Assembly (NCBI GenBank): GCA_963817895.1
Contig: CAWFQB010000014.1
Coordinates: 512,001-576,000 of the forward strand
DNA: 64,000 nucleotides
Source: an uncultured Chthonomonadaceae bacterium
GTDB lineage: Bacteria; Armatimonadota; Chthonomonadetes; Chthonomonadales; Chthonomonadaceae
Direction: 5' to 3'
In this document: positions 53,218 to 64,000 of the stretch, in pieces
Layout: each line of letters starts with the position of its first letter
How positions within the stretch are numbered: the stretch's first letter is position 1
Position numbers and translations under genes: made by a program
Notes under the pieces: model-generated
What the model was told of the DNA's origin: nothing
The model's input: only the letters and a program-made list of their open reading frames with translations
Database searches by the model: none

Positions 53218-54397
53218 GAAAACGATCCGCGACGTGGATGTGGCGGGCAAGCGCGTATTAACGCGCGTAGATTTCAATGTGCCGCAGGATGAACACGGCA
53301 ATATCACCGACGATACGCGCATTACCGCCGCCCTCCCGACCATCAAGTATCTTTCGGAACATGGGGCGCGGGTAATTTTGGTGTCGCATCTGGGACGGCC
53401 CAAAGGCATTACGCCGCAGTTCACCCTTGAACCCATTTCCATGCGGCTGGAAGAGTTGCTCGGTAAGCCCGTGGAACTGCTGGACAAAACTGTTGGCGAC
53501 GAAACCGCGACCGCCATCAACCATCTGCAAAATGGCGATGTGGTGCTGCTGGAAAACGTCCGCTTTTATCCCGAAGAGGAAAAAAACGACAAGGGTTTCG
53601 CGCAGGATCTGGCGTTTCTAGCGGATGTGTACGTAAACGATGCGTTCGGAACCGCGCACCGCGCCCACGCTTCTACTGAAGGCGTTGCCCACTATCTGCC
53701 GGGCGTGGCAGGCCTGCTGATGGAAAAGGAACTGGATTACCTGGGCAGCGCATTGGAAAATCCAAAACGCCCCTTTGTCGCGATTCTGGGTGGCAAAAAA
53801 GTCAAGGACAAAATCGCTGTCATTGACTCGCTGCTGGACAAAGTGGACACGCTCATCATCGGCGGCGGCATGGCGTATACCTTCCTCAAAGCGCAGGGGA
53901 AGGAGATCGGCACATCGCTGCTGGACAGCACAAATCTGGAATACTGCAAAAACGTGCTTGCGCGGGCGGGCGGCAAACTGCTGCTCCCGGTTGATGTGGT
54001 CGTAACGGACAAAAACCCATTCGACGGCGGCGAAGAGCAGTGTCAGACAACCATCGTGGGTGTGGACGCTATTCCCGCCGATCAGGAAGCCGCCGACATC
54101 GGGCCAGAAACCCGCGCCAAATTCGCGGCTGCCGTTCAGGGCGCGGGAACCGTCGTGTGGAACGGGCCGATGGGCATTTTTGAGTTCAGCAAGTTTGCCG
54201 AAGGTACGCGGGCTGTGGCGCAGGCATTGGCCGAATCGGGAGCCGTGACGATTATCGGCGGCGGCGACTCGGCGGCAGCCGCGCAGCAGTTGGGGTTTGC
54301 CGACAAGATGACGCATATCTCGACGGGCGGCGGCGCATCGCTGGAATTTCTCGAAGGCAAGCCCCTTCCCGGCGTCATCGCGCTTCAAGACAAATAA
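53210..54397 (+). CDS. pgk: Phosphoglycerate kinase
   Basis: [33 protein letters not shown]. Confidence 0.97.
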   Translation: MNKKTIRDVDVAGKRVLTRVDFNVPQDEHGNITDDTRITAALPTIKYLSEHGARVILVSHLGRPKGITPQFTLEPISMRLEELLGKPVELLDKTVGDETATAINHLQNGDVVLLENVRFYPEEEKNDKGFAQDLAFLADVYVNDAFGTAHRAHASTEGVAHYLPGVAGLLMEKELDYLGSALENPKRPFVAILGGKKVKDKIAVIDSLLDKVDTLIIGGGMAYTFLKAQGKEIGTSLLDSTNLEYCKNVLARAGGKLLLPVDVVVTDKNPFDGGEEQCQTTIVGVDAIPADQEAADIGPETRAKFAAAVQGAGTVVWNGPMGIFEFSKFAEGTRAVAQALAESGAVTIIGGGDSAAAAQQLGFADKMTHISTGGGASLEFLEGKPLPGVIALQDK

Positions 54398-54410
54398 CAG
54401 GAGAGATATT

Positions 54411-55208
54411 ATGCGGCGTATGGTGATTGCCGGCAACTGGAAGATGAACAACCTGCGCGTGGAGGCGGAGTTGCTTCTCAGCGACCTGTTGGGGCGGCTT
54501 GCGGGACAGGACCATGCGGAAATCGTGATTTGCCCGCCCTATACGGGATTGGCAACCGCTTCCGCCGTGTTTGCCAATACGGGTTTGAAATTAGGCGCGC
54601 AGGACGTGTTCTGGAAGGAAAAGGGCGCGTACACGGGCCAGATTTCGCCGCAAATGCTCGTGGACATTGGCTGCGAGTACGTGATTGTCGGTCACTCGGA
54701 AAAGCGCGGGCGGTTCGGCGTGCCGGAACCCGACTTCGACGCGGACACGCTGGCGCACTTCGGCGATAACGATGTTACGGTCAATCGCAAATTGCGGGCG
54801 GCGCAGTCTGCCGGACTGACCGTTATCTGCTGCGTCGGGGAAACCTTGCAGGAACGTCAGGAGGGCCGCACGGACGCGATTGTAGCCGCGCAAACCACTG
54901 CGGCCTTAAACGGGGTTTCCGCCGAAGATACCGCCAAAATTATCTTCGCTTATGAGCCTGTGTGGGCTATCGGAACCGGGGAAGTGTGCGCGGCAGACGA
55001 AGCGGATCGCGTGTGCGGCGTCGTTCGCGGCGCGGTCGGCAAACTGCACGGCGACGCGACTGCTGACATTGTTCGCGTCCAATACGGCGGCAGCGTGAAA
55101 GCCGATAACGCGCGGGAACTGCTCGGCAAACCCAACATAGACGGCGCATTAGTTGGCGGCGCAAGCCTCAAGGCGGCGGACTTCGCGGCGATTGTCGCGG
55201 CGGCATGA
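54411..55208 (+). CDS. tpiA: Triosephosphate isomerase
   Basis: AGNWKMN, VGHSE, AYEPVWAIGTG, YGGSV, LVGGASL. Confidence 0.97.
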   Translation: MRRMVIAGNWKMNNLRVEAELLLSDLLGRLAGQDHAEIVICPPYTGLATASAVFANTGLKLGAQDVFWKEKGAYTGQISPQMLVDIGCEYVIVGHSEKRGRFGVPEPDFDADTLAHFGDNDVTVNRKLRAAQSAGLTVICCVGETLQERQEGRTDAIVAAQTTAALNGVSAEDTAKIIFAYEPVWAIGTGEVCAADEADRVCGVVRGAVGKLHGDATADIVRVQYGGSVKADNARELLGKPNIDGALVGGASLKAADFAAIVAAA

Positions 55209-55211
55209 GGA

Positions 55212-55285
55212 AGATACGAGATAAGAGATACGAGGAAGCGCGATCTGTTGAACTACTCATATCTTGTATCTCTTATCTCGTATCT
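55212..55285. repeat. Inverted heptamer arrays (AGATACG)n / (CGTATCT)n
   Basis: Lies between convergent genes; the right arm supplies the hydrolase stop codon. Confidence 0.8.
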
Positions 55286-56019
55286 TTCCTCTCCAGCCAT
55301 TGAATAATCGTAGCGCGGGAACGGTCGGGGGCTTCGAGGTGAGAGGCGTCTATGACGGCAACCTGCGCGGCAGAACCGGCAAGCCGCGCCAATCCCTCCA
55401 CGCGCGCAACGGGAATCAGCACATCCTGACGGGCGGCAATGAAGAGAGAGGGAAGATTGCCGAGATGCTGCGCGGATGGCACAAGACTTTCGATTTCCGT
55501 CAGCAGTTGAACGGCGGGCGATCCGGCAACGTAATCGCTACGCTGCGTCAACATGGTTCGGCCAATCGCTTCCATAAAGCCTTTGGACGGTTCCAATCCC
55601 ATGCACATACTGACAACGCCCGCCAGACGCGCCACATTCGCGCTCGGCGGGTGTTGTTGTTCCTGCGCGGCAACGGCAAGCGAAGCTGCCGCGCCCATGG
55701 AATGTCCTACCAGCACAATCTGTTCCGCCCGCGAATTTTGGCGCAGCCAATTCAGCGCGGCCTGTAGATTTTCAACCGCCTGCCCGATATGGCGCATTTC
55801 GCCGCCCGTCGCGCCCATTTTATGCCCCACAAAATCGAACGTCAGCCCCTCATACCCCTTGCCCGCCAGATAGCCTGCCAGCAGATCGAGGCTGTGCTTG
55901 CCCGACGTGAAGCCATGCGCGAACAGTAGCGCGGTCGGATGCGTCACCGTTATTGGCACATAGCGCAGGGCGGCAAGCGTCACGTTGTTATCGGGTATGG
56001 ATACAATTTCCAGCTTCAA
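55273..56019 (-). CDS. Alpha/beta-fold hydrolase
   Basis: AHGFT, GHSMG, QDVL, SHL; TTG start after gaggagg. Confidence 0.85.
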   Translation of the reverse strand: MKLEIVSIPDNNVTLAALRYVPITVTHPTALLFAHGFTSGKHSLDLLAGYLAGKGYEGLTFDFVGHKMGATGGEMRHIGQAVENLQAALNWLRQNSRAEQIVLVGHSMGAAASLAVAAQEQQHPPSANVARLAGVVSMCMGLEPSKGFMEAIGRTMLTQRSDYVAGSPAVQLLTEIESLVPSAQHLGNLPSLFIAARQDVLIPVARVEGLARLAGSAAQVAVIDASHLEAPDRSRATIIQWLERKDTR

Positions 56020-56032
56020 TTCGGCCTCCTCT

Positions 56033-57369
56033 TTACGCGGCAGGCAAACGCTTCTGGTTTCGAGCGATACTGTACGCCATTTGGAAGAAAAGGAGGAACA
56101 GAAGCGTCCGCGCCACCTGAGTTTGCAGGGCAAAAAGCGCGTGGTTGCGGGCAAGGATAATTAATGTGAGGCTCATGCTCAACGTCATGGCGATCAGGTT
56201 CACTTTATCGCGCGCGTTTTTGTCGGCAAGGCTGTTGATAACCACTATCAGCGGCAGACAGAGCATTCCAAAATCGGTCCAGGCGTGATAGAAGATTAGC
56301 ATGGCAATCAGCGCGAGCATGGCAAAGGACTGGTCATCCGCTATTCTCCAATCCGCAGGCTGCGTGGAGTCTGATGCCGCATCCGCCTTCTGCAAGGCGT
56401 TTGCTTGACGCGCCAGAACGACAAGCAGCCCGCACGAGAACAGCGCGAATACAGTCTCCATCACGCGCTCGATGTTGATTTCCGCCGATGTTTCCACGCC
56501 CTGTCCTCTGTTTACCCACCGTATATCATCGAAGAACAGAACGGCCACATTCATCAGAAACCCCCGGCGCGGATTTCTGAAACCGGTATCATTGACGGCT
56601 CCCGGCACAACAAGGGCGTGAATCGTGGCGCGGTATTCGCTCACCATTTGCGCGGGATGATGATACCACGCGGCAGTCGCCAGGGTAAACACAAGCGTCA
56701 GGAACACGCCATACGTCGCCGCCGTTCGTGTCGGCCTGCGCAAAAATTGGTAGATTAAGAAGGGCAGAGAGATTGTCGGCTTTGTCAGCGCGACGGCGTA
56801 AAGCAATCCACTTAGCCAGCGGATGCGGGGCTTACTCGAATAGGCCCATTGCCACGCAAGGGCAAGCGTGAGCGCCATCGGCCAGATAATTTGTCCGAAG
56901 TAGGCAACGACATAGGGAGGCGCGGAGAGGAAAATCGCCGCCAGCCACACCGGCAGTCCTGACGGCGGCAAGTTTCGCCCGAACTGCCGGTACAGAACGA
57001 CGCCGAAGAGTGGCAAACAAATACCGGTGCTGAAGAAGAACCACAATATATGCGCGACACGCCAGGAAAACAGCGCGAAGGGCATATACATCCATGCCGT
57101 CGCCGGGGGATATGCATTGACGATGAAAGCGTAAAAACTCCCGTCCGACCATAAATGACGTACCCCCTCATAAAGTTGGAGGTCATCGCCGACATACCCC
57201 TGATGCGTGGAGTGGAAGCCGCGCAAAAGCAAGACGATGTAAGCCCCACACGCGAGTATCCACAACAACGCGCTTACCGTCTTGTTGTAAGCAAAGCGTT
57301 TGTCGCCTGCTTCTGCCGCGCCTTCCAATGATTGCTCCTTATTTCCAGCCTTGTGTTCATCAGCGTCAT
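56033..57369 (-). CDS. GT87/DUF2029-like membrane glycosyltransferase (start uncertain)
   Basis: GDDL, YPPATA, FGQ, TKP; many TM helices. Confidence 0.65.
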
Positions 57370-57962
57370 GTAGATGAGTTGCTGCCGTCCGCGCCCGTGT
57401 AGTAATCTTTGCTCCACCAGAATACATACTCGCCGGACTCGACCCAATTCTTGAGGTCTGCTTCCGATTCTTGACGTTCCTCCTCGTCTTCTTCCTCGTC
57501 CAGAACCTGAAGGTGTCCGGGAACATCTTCGATACCGATGAGATACTCCGGGTCGAAAAAGCGCTTGATGCGAATGGTTCCCCACGTAAACCCCAGTTCC
57601 GCCTGCCAGTCTTTAATCAATTTATCTACCACAGGCTCACAGCGGCGGTAATACTGCCAGTCGGCTTCGGCTTTTTGACGCTCAGGCGGTTCCCACAATT
57701 TGCGCGTTCCACCCGCGAACTCTCCTTCCGGCGTAAAGAAGTAGGTTACGACATGTTCACCATAACAGCCCATGATGATCTGCCTGCCATCGGCAATCGC
57801 GCCGCAATAAAAGTCGGCGCGTTCTTCGCTGCCATAGCCTTGCAGATGAAAAATGTGATCTTCACCGTAAAACTTGTCCGTTTCAAAGCCGGGGAGGAAG
57901 GTGACGTTCTCGCCATCCACATAAATGCCGGAACCGTCGTAAGGTTTGGGTTCATCGGTCAT
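57366..57962 (-). CDS. Hypothetical acidic protein
   Basis: 198-aa ORF that abuts both neighbours. Confidence 0.6.
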   Translation of the reverse strand: MTDEPKPYDGSGIYVDGENVTFLPGFETDKFYGEDHIFHLQGYGSEERADFYCGAIADGRQIIMGCYGEHVVTYFFTPEGEFAGGTRKLWEPPERQKAEADWQYYRRCEPVVDKLIKDWQAELGFTWGTIRIKRFFDPEYLIGIEDVPGHLQVLDEEEDEEERQESEADLKNWVESGEYVFWWSKDYYTGADGSNSST

Positions 57963-58807
57963 CAGCGTTCTTTTCTGCTCTGTTGCTGTACTTGTTTCAC
58001 ATCCATGTCAGAGTAGTTGGCGCGTAACAGATTATCTGACAACGTTTGCGGGACAGGTTGAGCCGCCCGCAGCAACGTTTCAGGTTGCCGAATATTCTCG
58101 GAAGCCCGTAGCAGCATCTGCTGGCTCTGCGTTTGCTGTTCGCGTTCCGTTATCGTATTTCGGCACTGCTGAATAGTCTCCATCAACTGTTGAGGCAAAT
58201 CCGGTTCCTTTGCTATCGTATCCAGAACACGCAATGTCTCCCGATTTCCGATTTTCCCAAACGCATGGACAATCGCCAGCCGCAATTCCAGAACATAGGA
58301 GTGCCGCACTAAGTCGTAAAGAACGTGGTATTGCCGCGCGCCGATGACATTCACATGTTGGCTGTCCAGAGCGGGAAGCAGGCAAATCATCGCTTGCGTG
58401 ACATACGCTCTGTTGTCTTCCGTTTCCATCAGTTCCAGCAGAGCCGGTATCGCATCAGGACTCTGGCTGTGTAAAATCGTGTACTTTGCTGTCTGATACT
58501 CATGTTCCAGCATCTTCCCAAGTTCCTGCTTTTCATTCACCCACAGTAGCAAACAATACAGACATGTGATCCACAAACCCAATGCAAAAGTCCATATATC
58601 CGCAACATAGTTTTTCAGGGGAAACAATATACAGCCACAACCTGCCCATGTCAGTAGACAGGTTTTGAAGAAGCGGGTTTCATAACGCGCCTCTATTTTC
58701 ATGCCATTGTTAGAAGGGAGTGACTCCATATCCTTCCGAAAGCCGCGAATGGCTTGATATGCGGTTTCAGTAGTATCATTTGTATCCAATGTTGCAGACA
58801 TTCTCAT
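57962..58807 (-). CDS. Hypothetical membrane protein with HEAT-like repeats
   Basis: 2 TM helices; AIPALLE; AIVHAFGKIG; repeated LLRA at the C-terminus. Confidence 0.6.
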   Translation of the reverse strand: MRMSATLDTNDTTETAYQAIRGFRKDMESLPSNNGMKIEARYETRFFKTCLLTWAGCGCILFPLKNYVADIWTFALGLWITCLYCLLLWVNEKQELGKMLEHEYQTAKYTILHSQSPDAIPALLELMETEDNRAYVTQAMICLLPALDSQHVNVIGARQYHVLYDLVRHSYVLELRLAIVHAFGKIGNRETLRVLDTIAKEPDLPQQLMETIQQCRNTITEREQQTQSQQMLLRASENIRQPETLLRAAQPVPQTLSDNLLRANYSDMDVKQVQQQSRKER

Positions 58808-58821
58808 GCCCTTCGTTTCTC

Positions 58822-59661
58822 TTACTTTCGGGTTTCCATCACACTTCGTGTTTTGTGCCGCGCGCCCTCTTCCTGTTCGGTGCGCCAGTTCGGGTCTTGG
58901 AGGGAACGGACAACCACGTCTTTTACTTCTTCCGGGCTGTCGGTGACAATCAGCAAATCCGTATCTGCGGCGGTGATGTTGCCGTGTTCCAGCATGGTCG
59001 TGTTCAGCCAGTCCAGCAGGCCCTGCCAGTACGCTGCGCCGAATAAAACAACCGGGAAATTCTTCACTTTGCCGGTCTGTATCAGCGTCAGGGACTCGAA
59101 CAGTTCGTCCATTGTGCCGAAGCCACCCGGAAAAATGACGAACGCCTGCGCGTACTTGACCATCATGGTTTTGCGGCAAAAAAAGTAGCGGAAGTCCACG
59201 CTGATGTCTACATATTGATTGAGCGATTGTTCAAACGGCAGTTCGATGTTCAGTCCGACGGATTTCGCGTTTGCCGCTTTTGCGCCCCGGTTGGCGGCTT
59301 CCATGATTCCCGGCCCGCCGCCCGTGATAATGGTCAGCCCCGCGCTTCCCAACAATCGCGCCGTTTCCATTGCTGCCGCGTACATCGGATCGTCCTGTTT
59401 TGTCCTTGCCGAACCGAACAGCGTCACGGCCGGGCCAAGATCGGCCAGCGCGTCGAAGCCCTCCACGAATTCGCCGGTGATACGCATGACGCGCCAGGGG
59501 TCGGAATGCGTGAACGCGGAGCGATTCGGGTCAGGGGCCGCAAGCAGTTTTTCATCGTCGGTTTCTTCGCCGCGAACGGCGGCGCGATTCAGAGCGCGAG
59601 CCGGCACGACATACGAAGCCATCATTTCACCATCATCATCGTTGTTGACAGGGTTGTTCAT
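58822..59661 (-). CDS. LOG-family nucleotide phosphoribohydrolase (TIGR00730-like)
   Basis: FGSAR, TGGGPGIMEAANRG, PGGFGTMDE. Confidence 0.92.
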   Translation of the reverse strand: MNNPVNNDDDGEMMASYVVPARALNRAAVRGEETDDEKLLAAPDPNRSAFTHSDPWRVMRITGEFVEGFDALADLGPAVTLFGSARTKQDDPMYAAAMETARLLGSAGLTIITGGGPGIMEAANRGAKAANAKSVGLNIELPFEQSLNQYVDISVDFRYFFCRKTMMVKYAQAFVIFPGGFGTMDELFESLTLIQTGKVKNFPVVLFGAAYWQGLLDWLNTTMLEHGNITAADTDLLIVTDSPEEVKDVVVRSLQDPNWRTEQEEGARHKTRSVMETRK

Positions 59662-59676
59662 AATATTTTCGTTTTC

Positions 59677-61489
59677 TTACAGTTTAGTATCAGGACGCGG
59701 GCCGTAGTGGGGAGGTTCCACTCCGTATTCATACGCGCCCAAATCCGGCGCGTGGCCCACATAGCCATCGTTGAAGCCGGGAAGAGGCTCGCCACGGTCA
59801 ATGGCCGAACTGCCGGGTTTCAGGCGCAGGTCCAGTTTATCGGGATTATAAACCGTCAGGTCGTTTTGCGGGGCGCGTGTCTGATTTTGGAACAGATTCA
59901 GCGGGTCAAGGTTTATAATGTGCCGCTCTACCGGACATTTCGCTCTTACCTCTTCGGGCGAAGCGTACTTGACGTTGTTCCACTTGAAAAACACATCTCC
60001 CGACCAGCCGGCAAACCCGTCAAAATCCCAATCGCAGTCGAGGGCAAGCGGACTGCTATCAAAGCCTCTGCCGCTCGTGCCGACCAGCAGATTGTTGCGC
60101 AGATAGCAGTTGCTGAACGAATCGGTCGTGTTCACTTGCAGCGCAACTCCGGCGCGAACCGTCGTATTATGGACGATTACCGCGCCGCTTGGCGAATTGT
60201 GCAGTTTGAACGGTTCGTTGCGGATGTTGTAAATCACGTTCCGAAACGCATATACCGGCCCGCCATAAACCGGCTGAAACGAGATGCCGCACAGCACGTT
60301 GGTATAGCGATTATAGAAGTTACGGGTGTTGCGATCCGAGCCGTCCATTTCCGAGCCGTCGTCAAACACATCGCGCACATCATTGTTGTGGAAATCGTTG
60401 GATACGCAGGCGCGGCAATCGTCTAAATCAAGTCCGTCCTTGCAATGCGAAATCAGGTTGTAACACGCCACATTGCCCTGCCCCGAAATCCATATAGCGC
60501 GCGATTCGGGCAGTTCATGCCACTGCTTATCAGTTGCGGGCCAGGGCATGAAACCCTCAATCGTATTGTCGGATATGAAAAACCCGCCCAACAACCCCGT
60601 ATCATCTTTGACCGCGTACACGCCGCATAATACATCGTGGATATGGCAGCGCCGAACCACGATACGCTGCGAACTCATGGGCGCAGATGCCGGAATAGGC
60701 GTTGCACAGCGTGAGTTTTTCAAACCAAACGTCATGCCTGTCCCGCGCGTCTATGGCGTGAACGGTCAATTTCTCATGCGGCTGTTTCGCGTCCAGAATG
60801 GTTTCACCGTCGCCCGCGCCGCGCCAGATAATCGGCTTGCCCGGTTCGCCACTGGCGCGAATGGTCATGGGCGCGTCATACGTTCCCGCGTGAAGCAGCA
60901 GCAAGTCGCCCGGTTTGGCGGCGGAATTCGCCGCCTGTAATCCGCGAAACGGGTCTGTCCGGGTTCCTGCTCCCCCGCCATTGCCGGGAAGGACATGCCG
61001 TTCCCTCATTCCGGGCGGCGTCACAGGTTCCCCGACGGTACGCGCCTTCAACATCTTCTGTACTACAGCGTTTCCGTCACCCTGTAGCGTCAGGCGCAAT
61101 TCATACGCCGTGTCCGGGTCGAGCAGAAACACGCTGCCCGCGTACAGATGCGCCCCGGCAGGCACAGCAACGGCAAGCGGTTTCGGTCTGCCGCCCTCAT
61201 CCTTGAACGGCCCGCGCTCCGAGCGAAAGAGGGGCGGCCCCGGCTTCCAGACACTCGTTCCCGCCTTCCGATACGCCACGTCCACCTTTGCCGCCGCGTT
61301 CCCCTCATCCCGCAGTATCCAGTACACGCCCAGACACCGCAGCGTCGGCGGATCAAGGACAGGTTCCCCAACCGGCGTTACCGAACGTGCAGCAGATACT
61401 CTGGTCAGCATCATCAATGCGCTGAAAAGAAGCGGCAACAGAAGCCGTAGAGTTACTCGTTTTTGATGTTTATGAATGATTATGTTCAT
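59677..61489 (-). CDS. Secreted right-handed beta-helix (pectin-lyase-like) protein (frameshift near 60680)
   Basis: PGDLLLLHAGTY, DDGSEMD, SAIDRG, APDLGAYE. Confidence 0.75.
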
Positions 61490-61898
61490 GTTCTTTTATC
61501 AACCACGCAACCAACTCCGCCATATCCCTGTCGCCAACCTTTGCCTTAAGTTGCTTCAAAATATCCACTGCCAATTCCCCCATTGCCTGATTTGTCAGCG
61601 TATCCAAATGCGCAGTGAAGTATGCGGCTATGACCCCGGCCTCATCCCGCTCCTGTTTTGCGGCATCAAGGGCTTCCTGAAGTTCACGGATTGCTGACAA
61701 ACGGTTGACCGCATCCGGGTACAGTTCCGAAGTCTGATACAGCAGGTTTTGCGCCGCTGTTGCAATATCTTTCGCTTTAGTGTCTGTACCGCGTATATGC
61801 TGTAGTACGCTCTTTGGAAGGAGCACCCAGTTTGAAATATCGTTCCATGACGCCAACTCTTCCGCCAGCCGTTGCTTTTCCGCTTCGCTAATTTCCAT
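61470..61898 (-). CDS. Hypothetical helical protein
   Basis: 142-aa ORF with a GAGG RBS, between lnt and the beta-helix gene. Confidence 0.55.
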   Translation of the reverse strand: MEISEAEKQRLAEELASWNDISNWVLLPKSVLQHIRGTDTKAKDIATAAQNLLYQTSELYPDAVNRLSAIRELQEALDAAKQERDEAGVIAAYFTAHLDTLTNQAMGELAVDILKQLKAKVGDRDMAELVAWLIKEHEHNHS

Positions 61899-61921
61899 AT
61901 TGCGCCTCTCTGTATTCTTTG

Positions 61922-63679
61922 CTACTCCCCTGCTTCTCTCCTCCCCGTGTTCCCCGTGTACCCCGTGGTTTCATTCCTTCGCTGTTTACGGGTATTGGCA
62001 ATGAGTTGCGTGAGGAGCAGCAGGCATAGAAGGGGAACCCAGTCGCCAAGTTGGGTATACAGCGTTTCGCCGGACAGCATCTGCATGGTTCGGACGCCAT
62101 ACGCCACCTGATTCAGCGGCAGTTTGTCCAGAACGCGGCCCCGGCTGTCCAGAAAACACGTCACGCCCGTTGTCGTAGAACGGACGGTTTCGCGGCGGTT
62201 TTCAATGGTTCGCAGGACGACGGCGGCAAGATGCTGTTCCATGGCGGCGCGGGACTGAAACCACGAATCGTTGCTTTGCGTGACCAGCAGCGTTGCGCCC
62301 TTCTGCGTCATTTCGCGAGCATACGGCGGGAACATGGCCTCGTAACAGATGAACGGACCAAGATCAACTTTGCCATAAGCGGGGTCGTTGTAGGAAAGCA
62401 CAGTCGCGCCCTCCCCCGTCACATCATCATGGCTGGGGAATTGAAATGTTTGCGTGACCGGTTCGGGAATCAGATCGCGGAACGGGATAAACTCGCCGAA
62501 CGGCACTAGCTGCCGCTTTACGTAAAAGGCCGGTTTGGGCGCGTGGCTGTTGGGATCGAACAACACGCTGGCGTTTTCGCGCACCTCATACCTACCCCGT
62601 TCCGAACCGATGGCGGCCTTGCGGGTTTCCGTTCGGGTTTCTGTCAGGGTCGCGCCGGTAATCACGGCGGCGTTCGTGTCACGGGCAAGATACGTCAGGA
62701 ACGAAAGGACGCGCCCGTCGTGAATCGCGTCACCCGGCGCGGCGGACTCGGCCCATACATACAATGAGGGGCGCGGCATTGCCTTTGCCGCCTGCGCGGT
62801 CAGATTGGTAAACACATCGTACTGCTCGGAGGGTGACGTGACGGGCGCGGGGTTGAAATCGCTTTGCAGGGAGTTGAACCCGCCCTGCATGGCGGCAACG
62901 GGAAGCGGACGCCCCACATCCGGCTGCATCAGTCGCCCGACGCCATAAATACAAACCATGACAACGGTTGTCAGGGACGCCCACAGGTAGCGGGTACTCT
63001 CCGCTTGTTCCCGATGCGTCCACCACCACGCGATTGCGGCATTGACAAGCATCATCAGAAAACTTACGCCATACGCGCCCGTCACATCCGCCATTTGCAG
63101 CACGGGCAAAAACTTGTACTGCGTATAACTTAACTGCGCCCAGGGCATCGTCAGTGTGCCGCGCGTCCGCAGAGCCTCAATCAGCACCCACGCGGCGGCA
63201 AGCGCAAGGACGTAAACGCCGCCTGTGATTTTGCCCTCGCGCAATCGTTGATGCAGCCACCACGCCATGCCGCCCCACAGCGCATAGAAGCCCGCCAGTA
63301 TGAACGTCAGGCCGAACCAGCCGCCCCACCCCAACAGCGTGGACGTGAGACCGGGTGACGAATTGTGCAGCCACGCGCCGATTGTCAGGCCAATCCAGTA
63401 CCACACCATGCCCAAAAACACCCATCCAAATAGATAGCCGCGCCACATCGCCTGCCGCAGACGCTTTGCCCGCGTCACGCTCAAAATCAGCGGCGCAATG
63501 GCAACCCACGCCAGCGGCCACAGGGAGGGCGTCGGATTTGCAAGCCACAGCAGAATACCGGCCAGCAGCGCAAGCCGCAAACCGGGCAAGCGCGGAGCGG
63601 AATCCCTGCCACGCGTTGTCACTGTCGGTGGCGCGGGCGGAAGACTATCAGCCGGATTGGGGAGAAGTTCGGTAGTCAC
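61922..63679 (-). CDS. lnt: Apolipoprotein N-acyltransferase
   Basis: TM region; WAESA; YVKRQLVPFGEF; ICYE; SNDSWF. Confidence 0.92.
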   Translation of the reverse strand: MTTELLPNPADSLPPAPPTVTTRGRDSAPRLPGLRLALLAGILLWLANPTPSLWPLAWVAIAPLILSVTRAKRLRQAMWRGYLFGWVFLGMVWYWIGLTIGAWLHNSSPGLTSTLLGWGGWFGLTFILAGFYALWGGMAWWLHQRLREGKITGGVYVLALAAAWVLIEALRTRGTLTMPWAQLSYTQYKFLPVLQMADVTGAYGVSFLMMLVNAAIAWWWTHREQAESTRYLWASLTTVVMVCIYGVGRLMQPDVGRPLPVAAMQGGFNSLQSDFNPAPVTSPSEQYDVFTNLTAQAAKAMPRPSLYVWAESAAPGDAIHDGRVLSFLTYLARDTNAAVITGATLTETRTETRKAAIGSERGRYEVRENASVLFDPNSHAPKPAFYVKRQLVPFGEFIPFRDLIPEPVTQTFQFPSHDDVTGEGATVLSYNDPAYGKVDLGPFICYEAMFPPYAREMTQKGATLLVTQSNDSWFQSRAAMEQHLAAVVLRTIENRRETVRSTTTGVTCFLDSRGRVLDKLPLNQVAYGVRTMQMLSGETLYTQLGDWVPLLCLLLLTQLIANTRKQRRNETTGYTGNTGRREAGE

Positions 63680-63766
63680 GTTTTCTTGTACGCGGAAACG
63701 GAAAAAGGAGTTGCGGCAACAAAGAGAGAACTATGCTCTCATCCTGTTTGTGAAAGTGAGTTCGCC

Positions 63767-64000
63767 ATGTTTTCGTATTTACGCCAACGGTTTGCGGTTC
63801 GCCGCAGTTTAGCCCTGTCTCTGCTTGCCCTGCTGCCGATGTCATTAAGCTGCGCCCGCCTGCCACCAAGCGTGAGCGGATTTACCGGGCGGCGGCTTCG
63901 CGTCACCATGACCTTCAACGGCACGATGCAGTCCAGCTTCTACTACTATTTTCTCATTAACAAATACGGCCCGACAGGAACGCAGAACGCCAATGGCCCG
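63767..64000 (+). CDS. Putative lipoprotein, 3' partial
   Basis: MFSYLRQRFAVRRSLALSLLALLPMSLSC lipobox; frame is open to the window end. Confidence 0.55.
   Translation, partial: MFSYLRQRFAVRRSLALSLLALLPMSLSCARLPPSVSGFTGRRLRVTMTFNGTMQSSFYYYFLINKYGPTGTQNANGP

Noticed and set aside
1..64000. Genome-wide TAG reassignment
   Set aside because: Many genes end naturally in TAG (e.g. 10207, 15332, 16792, 25517, 37680, 38976)

Overview
Bacterial chromosomal window, roughly 55-60% GC by eye. It looks like an Armatimonadota-like diderm; this is an inference from the prepilin/H-X9-DG protein, the PEP-CTERM protein, the DUF1549/1553 protein and lnt. It holds about 55 genes. Housekeeping and metabolic genes include msrB, gap-pgk-tpiA, lnt, a LOG-family protein, an ABC-2 transporter, and an ergothioneine-type egtD-egtB pair with a divergent PLP lyase. 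There are also secreted hydrolases and beta-propellers. Accessory, defence-like modules are an ABC/AAA ATPase + TOPRIM-like pair, a YhcG nuclease followed by a decayed hsdS fragment, a HEPN + BolA-like pair inserted between gap and pgk, and Uma2. More than 15 genes carry single-base frameshifts, most likely long-read errors. The intergenic DNA is unusually rich in at least five families of short inverted or tandem repeats (REP doublets, MITE-like hairpins, heptamer arrays); some sit at junctions of apparently inserted genes and some lie inside coding sequence. I saw no rRNA, tRNA, CRISPR array or intact transposase. All family calls come from motif recognition by eye, not from database searches.
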